Assembly (NCBI GenBank): GCA_023920165.1 | Contig: CP089276.1 | Location: 1,054,001 to 1,118,000, forward strand | Direction: 5' to 3' | Length of the DNA stretch: 64,000 bases | From: Curvularia clavata | Taxonomy: Eukaryota | Shown here: positions 63,911-64,000 of the stretch, piece by piece | Numbering within the stretch: position 1 is the first letter of the stretch | Layout of the letters: every line of letters starts with the position of its first letter | Program-made: the position numbers and the translations under genes | The notes under the pieces: model-generated | The model's input: the letters and a program-made list of their open reading frames with translations, nothing else | Told to the model about the DNA's origin: nothing | Database searches by the model: none

Positions 63911-64000
63911 AAACAAGGCTGCATGCCGGCGAGATGGCACGAGGCGAAGACAGGACCCTGAATCTGTGTGGCAAGCGTCAGGAACCCCACGCCCTGCGTC

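Noticed and set aside
1..64000. tRNA, snRNA, 5S rRNA, TPP riboswitch, TGA-CTA readthrough signals
   Set aside because: Checked by eye for hallmark motifs and found none convincing. A covariance-model scan is needed to exclude them fully.

Overview
Gene-dense eukaryotic DNA from a filamentous ascomycete. Short GT-AG introns with CTRAC branch sites, Zn2Cys6 factors, a HET gene and a PL1 lyase support this; a Dothideomycete/Pleosporales origin is my inference. I can support about 26 protein-coding loci. Core genes: DES1, ELP1, COX8 (COX VIIc), MTR4, STS1, UTP25, eIF3f, TAF13, KSH1 (absent from the ORF track), AHC1, mitochondrial uL3, ICE2 and MYG1. Two accessory-looking blocks lie between them. 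The first (~20-27.5 kb) has an interrupted hypothetical gene, a 4-TM protein and a secreted protein. The second (~38-51 kb) has a protoglobin-type globin, an NmrA reductase, DUF3176, HET, a pectin lyase and an Arg/Ser-rich orphan. I recognised no tRNA, rRNA, CRISPR array or intact transposon. The most intriguing item is a Zn2Cys6 transcription factor fused to a maltose/galactoside-acetyltransferase-type beta-helix whose catalytic His appears to be lost. It may be a pseudo-enzyme sensor, and it sits behind a ~4.6 kb gene-free upstream region. Other leads are a lone in-frame stop in an otherwise intact gene, an upstream mitochondrial presequence on MYG1, a 5'UTR intron abutting the COX8 ATG, and a GARE element upstream of the pectin lyase. 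Exon boundaries were read by eye and may be off by a few bases. Family assignments come from recalled motifs, not database searches.
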